IMG/VR virus record: IMGVR_UViG_2684622769_000012
Reading direction: 5' to 3' (one strand)
DNA length: 43,830 nucleotides
Source: a virus
Taxonomy: Duplodnaviria; Heunggongvirae; Uroviricota; Caudoviricetes
The translations under genes and the position numbers were made by a program. The notes beneath the pieces are model-generated. The model saw only the letters and a list, made by a program, of their open reading frames with translations. It had not been told where the DNA came from and made no database searches. This document shows, in pieces, positions 29,895-38,444 of the stretch. The stretch's first letter is position 1. Each line of letters begins with the position of its first letter.

Positions 29895-30896
29895 TTAGTA
29901 ATCTGCGTGTTTCGCACTTTTCAGAAATGCTTTCATATTTTCATTAGGTCGCTCAATTTCGAAGTTACTTCCATATAACTCTTGTAATTTTGGCCATAAC
30001 TTACTTAATAACCCTCTCCTGCGATAAAATGGATGTATCCAAACGGTAGATAGGTACGGAGAATTTGCATTTGAATTGTTTATTGTGACCAGCCCAACTA
30101 AACATTGTCGATAACCACTATTATCCATTGATTGTATTTCTTCGACGAATGGATACGCGATTACATCAGTCCAACCATGATCGGTTGTATCCCATTGCAT
30201 TCCGTCATGACATTCCTTCGACTGATAGCGGCGTAAAGCTACACACGCGAGCTTTTGCCAATCTGGAGAATTAATTGTGATCTCTTCATCGTATGACGCG
30301 CCTATTGGAGCGGGTATTGGTCTGATTAATCCAGCATGGCATTCATCATAGAACTTCATGTTTCCCTCAGAAACGTTGTGTACGTTGGGTTGCTCCATGT
30401 GTGCGCCATTCAAAAATAGCTCTGATAGTAGTGTATCTACACTGTAATCTTTATTGATTATTGTCGGCTTAGAGTTTTTCTTATTAAGGCCGCGAGTAAC
30501 GATTTTTTGATCAATGTTAACAACATGGAATAATCCGTCGGGGAGGCTAGCGAACCACGATGGGGCATCGGACCAGAATAGCATGCCTTTTGTACTTCTT
30601 AAGAGTTTAATTAAGTTAATACAAGCTTCTTCACTAGTCTTGCCGTTGATGCGAAGTATGTTAGGACTAAAGTAATATTCATCCATATCAGGGAATGCAG
30701 CTTCGCAAAACTCCTGTACATAATTTAGCACCTGGATTCTACAGAGATCATCATAGCTGGTAATAACTAAGGGGGTATCTTCATTACTATTATGATTATC
30801 AATAATGCAATCTATAGCGAGACTTACTGCTTTGCGTATCACTTCAGTTGAATCTAACGACTCTAAAAATTTTGTCTTTCGTGTGCGAATATCCAT
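29895..30896 (-). CDS. Hypothetical 333-aa protein, second gene of AT-rich accessory cassette (weak GNAT-like C-terminal motif)
   Basis: ATG 30894..30896 lies 15 nt after the stop of the upstream gene; AT-rich codon usage; C-terminal VWIHPFYRRRGLLSKLWPKL vaguely resembles the acetyl-CoA binding motif of GNATs; no other recognisable motif. Confidence 0.5.
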   Translation of the reverse strand: MDIRTRKTKFLESLDSTEVIRKAVSLAIDCIIDNHNSNEDTPLVITSYDDLCRIQVLNYVQEFCEAAFPDMDEYYFSPNILRINGKTSEEACINLIKLLRSTKGMLFWSDAPSWFASLPDGLFHVVNIDQKIVTRGLNKKNSKPTIINKDYSVDTLLSELFLNGAHMEQPNVHNVSEGNMKFYDECHAGLIRPIPAPIGASYDEEITINSPDWQKLACVALRRYQSKECHDGMQWDTTDHGWTDVIAYPFVEEIQSMDNSGYRQCLVGLVTINNSNANSPYLSTVWIHPFYRRRGLLSKLWPKLQELYGSNFEIERPNENMKAFLKSAKHADY

Positions 30897-30911
30897 GTAT
30901 GACCTGCGCTA

Positions 30912-31934
30912 TTAAAATTCATGAATGAACGGTTTGTCATCTGGTTGCAAAATGGTGGTTTTATTCGTTGCTACATTTAAACTGTTGTAGAGCATAATTG
31001 CCAGGTTCGATGCATTTTCAATCAGCGTTTCAAGATCCTGGTCTGTAATCACTACGAGGTTCCCTTCTTTATCCTTTCCACCACGATGCACTAAGTGATT
31101 TCGATTGAGGGTTGCCAATTCAATAGCTTCTATCGGACAGTCTTTTTGTACTTTTATATCGAATGTAGCTTCATAGCGGTCGATTACCTTTTTAGTGCTA
31201 TGCCAGCTTGCACTGATCAAGTGTTCCTTGATTGACCTGATTAGCTCTCCCCTAATTTTCTCGATGGGTTCACCCTTGAAAGGCAACGCAGCAATATCTT
31301 TGCTTACTTTAAATTCAGTCTTACCTTTTTCTATACAATTGGCTATGTAGACATCATCTTTCTCTATAGAATTAATGAATAGCTCAACATAAAGCGTTTC
31401 CAAAGCTGTAATAACATTCGTGTAGAGCAAACTAAGCAAGTGGTTTTTTTGCTGTTGTTCAGTTTTATCTTTTGCAAGTTTTTTTATTTTATCGATATTA
31501 TCAATGAATTTTAAATACGGATTACCGGAAGACGTTACAGCGTCGTAGATATCATCATCGTACCAATCATCTATATTATTTGAGTTTCCAGACCAGTCAA
31601 AACATTGTGTTTGTAATTCATCTACTAATTCCTCAATATACTCAGATTTAACATATTGACCGAAGATGGATTGTAGTTCTTCGCTCGCATCATACGGCCC
31701 GCCATATATGTAAGCATAGCCACCTTCTCTACTTTCATACGGACAAGCATTTGCCGGATCTTCAAAGTTTTCAAAGAACCAGTTTTTCATTACTTCGAGT
31801 TGATCTTTTTTGCTTATGTATTTTAAAGATTTTAGTGGAACTTTCTTTCCATTAACCTCGAAAACAATTTTCACGATGTAACGCTCCCTTGTATCAATTG
31901 CGCAACTATTATACCACAGCGAAATACAGGGCAT
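30912..31934 (-). CDS. Hypothetical about 340-aa protein with HEPN-like R-x4-H motif, first gene of AT-rich accessory cassette
   Basis: ORF 30912..32003; preferred start ATG 31932..31934 (MPCISLWYN...) with AGGAGG 6 nt upstream; alternative in-frame GTG at 31874 with AGGGAG upstream. Motif LNRNHLVHRGG near the C-terminus. Confidence 0.5.
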   Translation of the reverse strand: MPCISLWYNSCAIDTRERYIVKIVFEVNGKKVPLKSLKYISKKDQLEVMKNWFFENFEDPANACPYESREGGYAYIYGGPYDASEELQSIFGQYVKSEYIEELVDELQTQCFDWSGNSNNIDDWYDDDIYDAVTSSGNPYLKFIDNIDKIKKLAKDKTEQQQKNHLLSLLYTNVITALETLYVELFINSIEKDDVYIANCIEKGKTEFKVSKDIAALPFKGEPIEKIRGELIRSIKEHLISASWHSTKKVIDRYEATFDIKVQKDCPIEAIELATLNRNHLVHRGGKDKEGNLVVITDQDLETLIENASNLAIMLYNSLNVATNKTTILQPDDKPFIHEF

Positions 31935-32072
31935 AACCTGCCTCCTTAAACTAACATACCATGAGCCAGCAATGTCCGCTATTGGCACAAAGCGGACAAC
32001 CACGCTAGCTCTCCCCTGTGCCAGAAAAATGTCAATTTACATATGAACTAATGCTCTTTGATCTAGTAACGT

Positions 32073-32489
32073 CTATAAATACCGAAGATTTCCTTGATAA
32101 AATGCCAGTACACGTTTCATAACTTCACTCTTCCGGCACTCGCGACAGATTATGTTCTGACGCCTGTCATAGCGGCGTATTTCTCCGTCTGGTAATGACC
32201 AGATAAGGTCAGGATCAACCACAACCGTTTTTTTCACCTTTGCCCTGGATAGTTTTTTGCGGGCGTTTTTCCAATCCTTACGAGCCTGTTCAGACGGGAA
32301 TAACCCATAGCCAGAGTTGTATACATCGCCACTGGCAACCAACTCTCTGGCAAGAATGCTCATCAGATATCTTGTCGCACCTGTCTTGGCCTCCAGTTGC
32401 CTTAACGTCTCGCGCCCACTCTGGCGTACCAACTCAACAACCTGCTCCTTAATTTTTTCACGCTCTTCCTGTGTAAAAACTTTTGCCAT
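32073..32489 (-). CDS. Small basic hypothetical protein, possible winged-helix regulator, upstream of the accessory cassette
   Basis: Start MAKVFTQEEREKIKEQ (ATG 32487..32489) with GGAGG 6 nt upstream; C-terminal CRECRK; 138-nt gap to the next gene. Confidence 0.4.
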   Translation of the reverse strand: MAKVFTQEEREKIKEQVVELVRQSGRETLRQLEAKTGATRYLMSILARELVASGDVYNSGYGLFPSEQARKDWKNARKKLSRAKVKKTVVVDPDLIWSLPDGEIRRYDRRQNIICRECRKSEVMKRVLAFYQGNLRYL

Positions 32490-32504
32490 AAGCGCCTCCG
32501 GCAA

Positions 32505-33266
32505 TCACTTTTCCGACACAATACGACTGGAGGAATCGACAATCTGTCGGACAATATCCCGGTGCTTGTTCAGCTCCCGCAGCGCGGCGCAGACTCGCTC
32601 CCACTTCTGGACATGATTTTTCGCCCGACGCAGTTCGCGGTTTGCCATATGCAGCGATGGTAAAACTAGGTCATCCGCTTGCGTTTCAGTAAACGATGGC
32701 AGCGACTGCACAATGTCCGCCACAGTTTCTGTTTTAATATCTTCCTGTGTTGCCGCTTCCTGTACTGGTAACGCAACACCGGCTGGCTGAGGAAAGGCTT
32801 TACCATCAGTTTCCGCTACCGATGCAGCTTTCGGCTCTGCTGGTAAATTATCGCCCGGCATGCAGTAACGAAATTTACTGTTCTGGTTTACGCGAATCAG
32901 GCGTCCTTTGCTGATTGCCATTGCCAGCGTTGAAGCAACTTTGCGGGATGTTGTACCGAACAGCGTAGCCAGTTCATCCGCCGTTTGTGGTCCGCGTTGT
33001 TCAATCGTCGCGGTTAAATCGCACTCTGAGATTTTCACTACAGTTGCCGTGGTGGTTTCTTCCGGCAGTTCTGCCTGCATTGGCTGTTCCTGCTGAACGT
33101 TGTTATCAGCCACACGCCAGGTGTACGCGCTTTTATCAACGAAACCAGCTTTTTTCAGTTCCCATAGTTCGTTCAGCACTTCTTCACGACTGATATCAAG
33201 TCGCGCAGCAAGTTCTATGGATGTGGCTTTTCCCATTGCTTTCAGTGCGTCAAAAACAGTCTCCAT
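32505..33266 (-). CDS. Phage hypothetical protein (position of Rac ydaW), N-terminal HTH-like segment
   Basis: Start [43 protein letters not shown] (winged-helix-like), RBS GGGAGG upstream of ATG 33264..33266; downstream of the DnaC-like gene. Confidence 0.5.
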   Translation of the reverse strand: METVFDALKAMGKATSIELAARLDISREEVLNELWELKKAGFVDKSAYTWRVADNNVQQEQPMQAELPEETTTATVVKISECDLTATIEQRGPQTADELATLFGTTSRKVASTLAMAISKGRLIRVNQNSKFRYCMPGDNLPAEPKAASVAETDGKAFPQPAGVALPVQEAATQEDIKTETVADIVQSLPSFTETQADDLVLPSLHMANRELRRAKNHVQKWERVCAALRELNKHRDIVRQIVDSSSRIVSEK

Positions 33267-33288
33267 AAAAATTTCCTCCCGGTAAAAA

Positions 33289-34035
33289 TTACTTCTCAAT
33301 TCCTGGCTGGACGACATTCGGACGCCAGCTCTCCCAGTTAAAATTCACCCATCGCCCGCCGTTCATGGTCATGCGATCCATAATCCGCTCGCCGAGCAAT
33401 GTTTTCATGGCCTCATAGTTCAGGTTTGTCAGCATCCCCACGCTGCGCATCGACGCTGTCCGGCGATCAACAATCTGGTGCAGCACCACCTGCTCGTTTT
33501 TCGTCTCGCGCTGAATGCCAATTTCATCAAGAACCAGCAGATCCACTTCGCATAGTTCCCGCAAAAATTTTTCGCCTGACTGCCCATCGTCATAGCTGGC
33601 GTGCAGGGCACTCATAACATCAGCCACGGTAACCACAATCACTGTCTGACCGTCTTTCAGCAGGCGATTCCCGATAGCTGCCGCTAAGTGGTTCTTCCCG
33701 GTACCAGGTTTTCCGCTGAACGCAAAATTTGTACACCCGGTCATCAGTTCATCAGCGATGGATTTCGCCTGACTCAACGCGTATCGCTGCGCTTCGTTCT
33801 GCACCTGGTAATTCGAAAACGAGCATTTGCGGTGCAATGGCTGGATGCCAGAGCGATTCAGAATTTTTTCCACCCGCAACTGACGATTCTGACGGTTGAT
33901 CTCCTCACAACGTTTCTGGCCTTCGGAAAGTTGCCACTCGCGCCACTCCGCTACCGTCTTGAATGGCGCGGTTACATGTGACGGGGCCAGTCTGCGGATA
34001 CGTTCAAGAACGTCGCCTGTCGCAATATTTTTCAT
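33289..34035 (-). CDS. ydaV: Replication protein, DnaC/IstB-like AAA+ ATPase (helicase loader)
   Basis: 248-aa ORF with Walker A GKPGTGKN and Walker B-like LLVLDEIG. Confidence 0.8.
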   Translation of the reverse strand: MKNIATGDVLERIRRLAPSHVTAPFKTVAEWREWQLSEGQKRCEEINRQNRQLRVEKILNRSGIQPLHRKCSFSNYQVQNEAQRYALSQAKSIADELMTGCTNFAFSGKPGTGKNHLAAAIGNRLLKDGQTVIVVTVADVMSALHASYDDGQSGEKFLRELCEVDLLVLDEIGIQRETKNEQVVLHQIVDRRTASMRSVGMLTNLNYEAMKTLLGERIMDRMTMNGGRWVNFNWESWRPNVVQPGIEK

Positions 34036-34041
34036 GGTCAG

Positions 34042-34899
34042 TTACCCCCTGAAGCCTGGCGGGATCGCACTATCCGGTAACGAGACGGTGTTAACCTGTC
34101 GGAGTAACGTCTCAGGTCGAACACCTTTCGGCGCGAACAAGCCCTGGTATTCATTGGCGATGCTGTGTCGAATCACCTGCTCAGGTGAAAAACCCTGCTG
34201 GCGGAATTTTTCCAGCTCCCGTATCGCCCCGTTAGCGCCCTGCTCCGTTCGAATCGGTTTTCGCAATGCCTGGCGAAATTCAACCCACTCACGCCAAAGC
34301 GAGACAGAAATCCAGTTCGGCAAAGCAATATCCAGAGGGTCAAACTTTTTGACACCTCGATTCCCCCGGGGGGGATTTAGGGGGGGATCTGTTTTTAGAT
34401 CTTTATCTGTATCTTTATTAGTTGCCTTTGTGTTGACATCATGTTCAAACACCACTTCAACATCTGTTTGAACACCTGTTAAATTTCTCTCTTGTTTTGT
34501 TTGAACATCTGCTTCCTTTCTGCTTCTTCTGGCCTGAACAGATGCTTTTCCTGCGGCTGATTTTTTGGTTAATTTTTCCCTGACTGATGCCAGATCTTCC
34601 TCAATCCGAAGATGCACCCATTCCTCGCCGTTATCGCAAAAAAACTCCTGCAAGGATGGTTCAACATCAGCCCATCGCTCGTTAGTCAGACGGGCAATTT
34701 TTGCCAGCCTGTTTTTAGGTATTGGCTTTCCTGTTTGCCAGTAATTGAACATCAGCAACAAATACGCACCATGCTCCTCTGCTGACAAATGCATGGTGTC
34801 AGCCAGGTAATCAGCTATGTACAGTTGCATGTATGGTAATGCGGCCATAATTGCCCCGTATGATGCTGCCCGGTGGCTTAGAATAAGCACAAACAGCAT
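34042..34899 (-). CDS. ydaU: Replication initiation-associated protein YdaU (DUF1376)
   Basis: 285-aa ORF upstream of the DnaC-like gene; an internal Met at 34848 is an alternative start. Confidence 0.65.
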   Translation of the reverse strand: MLFVLILSHRAASYGAIMAALPYMQLYIADYLADTMHLSAEEHGAYLLLMFNYWQTGKPIPKNRLAKIARLTNERWADVEPSLQEFFCDNGEEWVHLRIEEDLASVREKLTKKSAAGKASVQARRSRKEADVQTKQERNLTGVQTDVEVVFEHDVNTKATNKDTDKDLKTDPPLNPPRGNRGVKKFDPLDIALPNWISVSLWREWVEFRQALRKPIRTEQGANGAIRELEKFRQQGFSPEQVIRHSIANEYQGLFAPKGVRPETLLRQVNTVSLPDSAIPPGFRG

Positions 34900-34911
34900 G
34901 GAAACTTTTGC

Positions 34912-35334
34912 TTAATGAACAATGACAGAATCGTCGGAAGACCCGCCGCCGCTGAAATGCGCTTTCCGGTAAACGGCTTGGACTGCATCATCATGCGCAT
35001 CAATTGCCGTACTTAACGCTTCCTGCGCCGCCAGTAATGCACGGCGTTCCAGGGTATCGAAGATGCAGAGTCGGTGACGCAGCTCGCGCGGAAGGATTGC
35101 CAGAATTGCTGGGATCAGCTTCTGAATTTTTTCTCTTTGCGTTTTCGTTTCACCTTTCAACCAACGGTGATAGATATTCTGCTGATTATTCCAGTCCTTG
35201 CCTGGTACCAGGGGCAATTCGCCGCCCCCCTGGCGCAGATATTCTTCAGTAATGGCATTGGCTACCCATGCCTGCCCTTTTTCGGCTGCCAGGGCTAACA
35301 ACACTGACTCGATGTGCTCATGCTTGATTTTCAT
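34912..35334 (-). CDS. ydaT: YdaT (CII-like regulator / putative toxin of Rac)
   Basis: 140-aa ORF MKIKHEHIESVLLALAAEKGQAWVANAITEEYL... matches Rac YdaT as recalled. Confidence 0.75.
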   Translation of the reverse strand: MKIKHEHIESVLLALAAEKGQAWVANAITEEYLRQGGGELPLVPGKDWNNQQNIYHRWLKGETKTQREKIQKLIPAILAILPRELRHRLCIFDTLERRALLAAQEALSTAIDAHDDAVQAVYRKAHFSGGGSSDDSVIVH

Positions 35335-35585
35335 GAATCAACTCCCATCAGCTTTTTCGTAGTAGTTTTATTTCTGCCAATAGTTAAAATTACATCAGCA
35401 GAAAATAATCCGTTTGATGCATGAGCGATTTTTTCAGCGTAATTTGTTTCGCCGGTATATTCTGTGCGAGGCAATTTTCCGTTATCCATCCATTTGTAGA
35501 TTGCTCTTTGGCTGACACCACAAACGTCGGCCACAACAGAAACGCGAACAGTTTTGATTACATCTTCAAGTGTTTTCTGGTTCAT
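35331..35585 (-). CDS. Cro-like HTH regulator (YdaS position)
   Basis: Start MNQKTLEDVIKTV (ATG 35583..35585), RBS GAGGGTGAT; HTH-like VADVCGVSQRAIYKWMDNGKLP; divergent from the repressor gene; 4-nt overlap with ydaT. Confidence 0.6.
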   Translation of the reverse strand: MNQKTLEDVIKTVRVSVVADVCGVSQRAIYKWMDNGKLPRTEYTGETNYAEKIAHASNGLFSADVILTIGRNKTTTKKLMGVDS

Positions 35586-35664
35586 ATCACCCTCACAATG
35601 TGAACTTTGAGTACATGCTATAACAGAACTGACAGTACATTCAAGAGTGAATATCATTGAACTT
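35586..35664. promoter_or_regulatory. Divergent immunity-region promoter/operator between cro-like and repressor genes
   Basis: 79-nt intergenic region with direct repeats AGTACAT (35610..35616, 35634..35640) and TGAACTT (35601..35607, 35658..35664). Confidence 0.4.
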
Positions 35665-36084
35665 ATGGTTCATGAAGATAAAGCGCGTAAAGAGTTCGCC
35701 AGTAGGCTTGCGCTAGCCTGTGAAAACGCTGGTTATGAACAACATGGAAGGCAGGCAGAAATTGCCCGTCGAATGAAATTAACACCAAAAGCGGTTAGCA
35801 AATGGTTTAATGGCGAAACAATTCCTCGCCGAGAGAAATTAAGGGAATTAGCAACACTCATTGGAACAACACCAACCTATCTTTTGGGAGAGGATACAGA
35901 AGAAAGTGGACAGGTACGTTTCTATCAGGAGTTAAATCCAAGACAAAAAATCATCATTGACCTTCTGGACGAGCTCCCTGACAGTGAGACAGATGAACTT
36001 TTAAAAACTCTTGAGGAGAAAAAACAGAAGTACAATGCAATTTACGAAGAGCTAGCACGAAAGAAAAAACAAAAAGCCTCTTAA
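35647..36084 (+). CDS. CI-type repressor, XRE-family HTH (RacR position)
   Basis: HTH segment QAEIARRMKLTPKAVSKWFNGE; the ORF begins at GTG 35647; first ATG at 35665 (MVHEDKARKEF); acidic/basic C-terminal tail. Length differs from the 158-aa K-12 RacR as I recall it. Confidence 0.65.
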   Translation: MNIIELMVHEDKARKEFASRLALACENAGYEQHGRQAEIARRMKLTPKAVSKWFNGETIPRREKLRELATLIGTTPTYLLGEDTEESGQVRFYQELNPRQKIIIDLLDELPDSETDELLKTLEEKKQKYNAIYEELARKKKQKAS

Positions 36085-36158
36085 ACCAGCATAAATCCGG
36101 TAGCGTCCCCCTCCGGGTTTGTGCTTCACTTTATCCCATCTCATTTTTTTACACACAA

Positions 36159-36206
36159 AATGTACTTATAGTACTTTACATCAATGAACACAAAGTACAT
36201 TATATA
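36159..36206 (+). promoter_or_regulatory. Candidate early-left (pL-like) promoter with operator-like GTAC repeats
   Basis: TTTACA (36175..36180), 17-nt spacer, CATTAT (36198..36203); AGTAC/GTACT motifs at 36162, 36170 and 36194 shared with the divergent immunity region. Confidence 0.3.
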
Positions 36207-36374
36207 CCTACCAACCCACCCCGCCCCACAGAACGCAGGGCAATACTTCGAGTTACCAGGCAGTGGTCAGGGGTTAAGTAGCCAGCCCGAGGCGTATGAA
36301 CATGACGGCAGGGTTCAGATTTTGCAGTGCAGCAGGTTTCAGTTCCGCCACCCGGCGTTAAGGGGAGAGATAAG

Positions 36375-36509
36375 ATGGTGCATTACGAAGTAGTTCAGTA
36401 TTTGATGGATTGTTGCGGTATCACTTACAACCAGGCTGTGCAGGCTTTACGCAGCAACGACTGGGATCTCTGGCAGGCAGAAGTCGCTATACACAGCAAC
36501 AAGATGTGA
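36375..36509 (+). CDS. ydaG: Rac small protein YdaG-like (44 aa)
   Basis: MVHYEVVQYLMDCCGITYNQAVQALRSNDWDLWQAEVAIHSNKM; RBS GGGGAGAG upstream; gene order relative to sieB matches Rac. Confidence 0.6.
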   Translation: MVHYEVVQYLMDCCGITYNQAVQALRSNDWDLWQAEVAIHSNKM

Positions 36510-36519
36510 GATTCGCAAA

Positions 36520-36675
36520 ATGCAAAAAATCGACCTCGGCAACAACGAATCCCTGGTGTGCGGCGTGTTCCCCAACCAGGATGGAACGTTCACTGCCATG
36601 ACGTATACCAAAAGCAAAACATTTAAAACCGAAACTGGTGCGCGCCGATGGTTGGAGAAGCACACAGTAAGCTAA
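36520..36675 (+). CDS. ydaF: Rac small protein YdaF-like (51 aa)
   Basis: Hand translation MQKIDLGNNESLVCGVFPNQDGTFTAMTYTKSKTFKTETGARRWLEKHTVS; adjacent to sieB as in Rac; not in the ORF track (under 60 aa). Confidence 0.55.
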   Translation: MQKIDLGNNESLVCGVFPNQDGTFTAMTYTKSKTFKTETGARRWLEKHTVS

Positions 36676-37160
36676 CGATTAAAACGTCTACTCCTGCTGT
36701 TCCAGAATAACTTCATAAAATGGGAGTATTTTTCGGTGACGAGATAATAAGAACAGTTTGCGCTATCACTCTGATGTTGAATGATGCCCTTCCGTTCTAA
36801 TTTTTTCATAACCGGGTTACGGCAAGGAGAAGTGATAATAAGATTTCCTGTTTTAAGGAAATCTTTAAATACAGCGATTTCTTTCTCAGATAAACGAAGC
36901 AATACTCGTTGCTCTGGTAGTAATGAATAATGCTTTTGAATATGTGCTCGCAATCTTGAGAAGGAAATGGCGACCACGAAAGAAAAGGCAAAAACGATAA
37001 TCTGAAAGAGCCAAGGTATTTCAGTATAAGCATTGAATGCGACAGTAAACTCTTTCGGTATCAGCCAGAGAGTGAGACCAAAAATGATAATCGTATACAT
37101 AAGTATTTCGAGTGGCTCGTTAGCAAAAAGTTTCAACAATGGAGTAAATACATCCAACAT
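36672..37160 (-). CDS. sieB: Superinfection exclusion protein B
   Basis: Start MLDVFTPLLKLFANEPLE... (ATG 37158..37160); 162 aa matching Rac SieB; two TM segments. Confidence 0.85.
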   Translation of the reverse strand: MLDVFTPLLKLFANEPLEILMYTIIIFGLTLWLIPKEFTVAFNAYTEIPWLFQIIVFAFSFVVAISFSRLRAHIQKHYSLLPEQRVLLRLSEKEIAVFKDFLKTGNLIITSPCRNPVMKKLERKGIIQHQSDSANCSYYLVTEKYSHFMKLFWNSRSRRFNR

Positions 37161-37601
37161 ATCAATAACTCTCAACTGTAAGGGTATTGAAATGTTAACA
37201 CAAGCTCTCGCTGTAGGGGTATAGCCGAGACCACCGAAGCCCGGAGGTGGTGAAATAAAACCGGGCACAACACGAAGGCGCATTTCCGATATCCATAAAG
37301 AGTCGGTCTTGTCTGTTAAATTTAAATGGTGGGAGTGCGCCTCCGGTTGTAAATAACGACATTGCTGTGTGTAGTCCTGGCGGCATCAGTTTTTTTCTTG
37401 AAGTTCGGCTGATGTCCGCCCTTTTTAAAGTGAATTTTGTGATGCGGTGAATGCGGCTAAGCGCACGTGGCACAGTTAAAAGTCATGTTAGTCCTTATTG
37501 GTTTGGGTGGGAAAGCCGACTGTAATTGTTAACTGGTTGCAGTCACCTGGAGGCACCAGGCACCGCATCAACAAAGTTCATTTGTAAAAATGGAGATAAT
37601 T

Positions 37602-37823
37602 ATGATTGCACATCACTTCGGAACTGATGAAATACCACGTCAGTGTGTGACTCCTGGCGATTATGTTCTTCATGAAGGCCGGACATATATTGCCTCGGCA
37701 AACAATATTAAAAAGCGAAAACTATATATTCGTAACCTGACCACAAAAACATGCATTACTGACCGCATGATTAAAGTCTTCCTCGGTCGTGATGGTTTAC
37801 CTGTAAAGGCGGAGTCATGGTGA
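37602..37823 (+). CDS. kilR: Killing protein KilR (cell division inhibitor)
   Basis: [73 protein letters not shown]; RBS GGAG upstream of ATG 37602. Confidence 0.85.
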   Translation: MIAHHFGTDEIPRQCVTPGDYVLHEGRTYIASANNIKKRKLYIRNLTTKTCITDRMIKVFLGRDGLPVKAESW

Positions 37824-37993
37824 TGACTAAGAAAATAAAATGTGCTTACCACCTTTGCAAAAAAGACGTTGAAGAAAGCAAAGCTATTGAAAGAATGCTT
37901 CACTTCATGCACGGGATTTTATCAAAAGACGAACCGAGAAAATATTGCAGTGAAGCTTGTGCCGAAAAAGACCAGATGGCACATGAACTTTAA
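37823..37993 (+). CDS. ydaE: Rac small Cys-rich protein YdaE (56 aa)
   Basis: Hand translation [56 protein letters not shown]; ATG overlaps the kilR stop (TGATG). Confidence 0.7.
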   Translation: MTKKIKCAYHLCKKDVEESKAIERMLHFMHGILSKDEPRKYCSEACAEKDQMAHEL

Positions 37994-38067
37994 TTAATTG
38001 ACTATTCGAAACTGAATTTATGCCAGAAATGGCAGGTATTCGCTCAACCTTAATTAAGGAGAAAAAC

Positions 38068-38343
38068 ATGATTACCAATTATGAAGCCACTGTTGTAACT
38101 ACCGATGACATTGTTCACGAGGTGAATCTGGAAGGAAAGCGCATTGGCTACGTAATTAAAACAGAAAATAAAGAAACCCCATTCACTGTGGTTGATATCG
38201 ATGGTCCATCAGGCAACGTAAAAACACTTGATGAAGGTGTCAAAAAAATGTGCCTGGTGCATATCGGAAAGAATCTGCCCGCAGAAAAAAAAGCCGAATT
38301 TCTGGCAACTCTAATTGCAATGAAATTAAAAGGTGAAATCTGA
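38068..38343 (+). CDS. racC: RacC
   Basis: MITNYEATVVTTDDIVHEVNLEGKRIGYVIKTENKETPFTVVDIDG...; RBS AAGGAG upstream of ATG 38068. Confidence 0.8.
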   Translation: MITNYEATVVTTDDIVHEVNLEGKRIGYVIKTENKETPFTVVDIDGPSGNVKTLDEGVKKMCLVHIGKNLPAEKKAEFLATLIAMKLKGEI

Positions 38344-38444
38344 AAGAAATAGCCTGCGTATGGCGCAGGCTATGAACAGTGTGTATCCGGCAAGATCATT
38401 CACTGAACAAAACGAATTTTAATCTGAGTTGAGGTTAAAAAACA

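Noticed and set aside
29895-30896. Calling the 333-aa protein a GNAT acetyltransferase
   Set aside because: Only one short segment resembles the acetyl-CoA binding motif and the G-x-G/A part is missing. Evidence too thin, so the call stays hypothetical.
31908-31916. Perfect extended -10 (TGgTATAAT) as the promoter of the accessory cassette
   Set aside because: Not adopted as the primary call because it lies 18 nt downstream of an ATG with an ideal AGGAGG RBS and may be a chance match inside coding sequence (codons L-W-Y-N). Left as an alternative start (GTG 31874) in the findings.
36184-36393. 69-aa plus-strand ORF to the right of the repressor gene
   Set aside because: It overlaps the candidate pL-like promoter and runs into ydaG in another frame; no RBS; Pro/Gly/Gln-rich.
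37195-37473. 92-aa minus-strand ORF in the kilR leader
   Set aside because: No RBS; composition unlike neighbouring genes; would be divergent from sieB with no promoter spacing.
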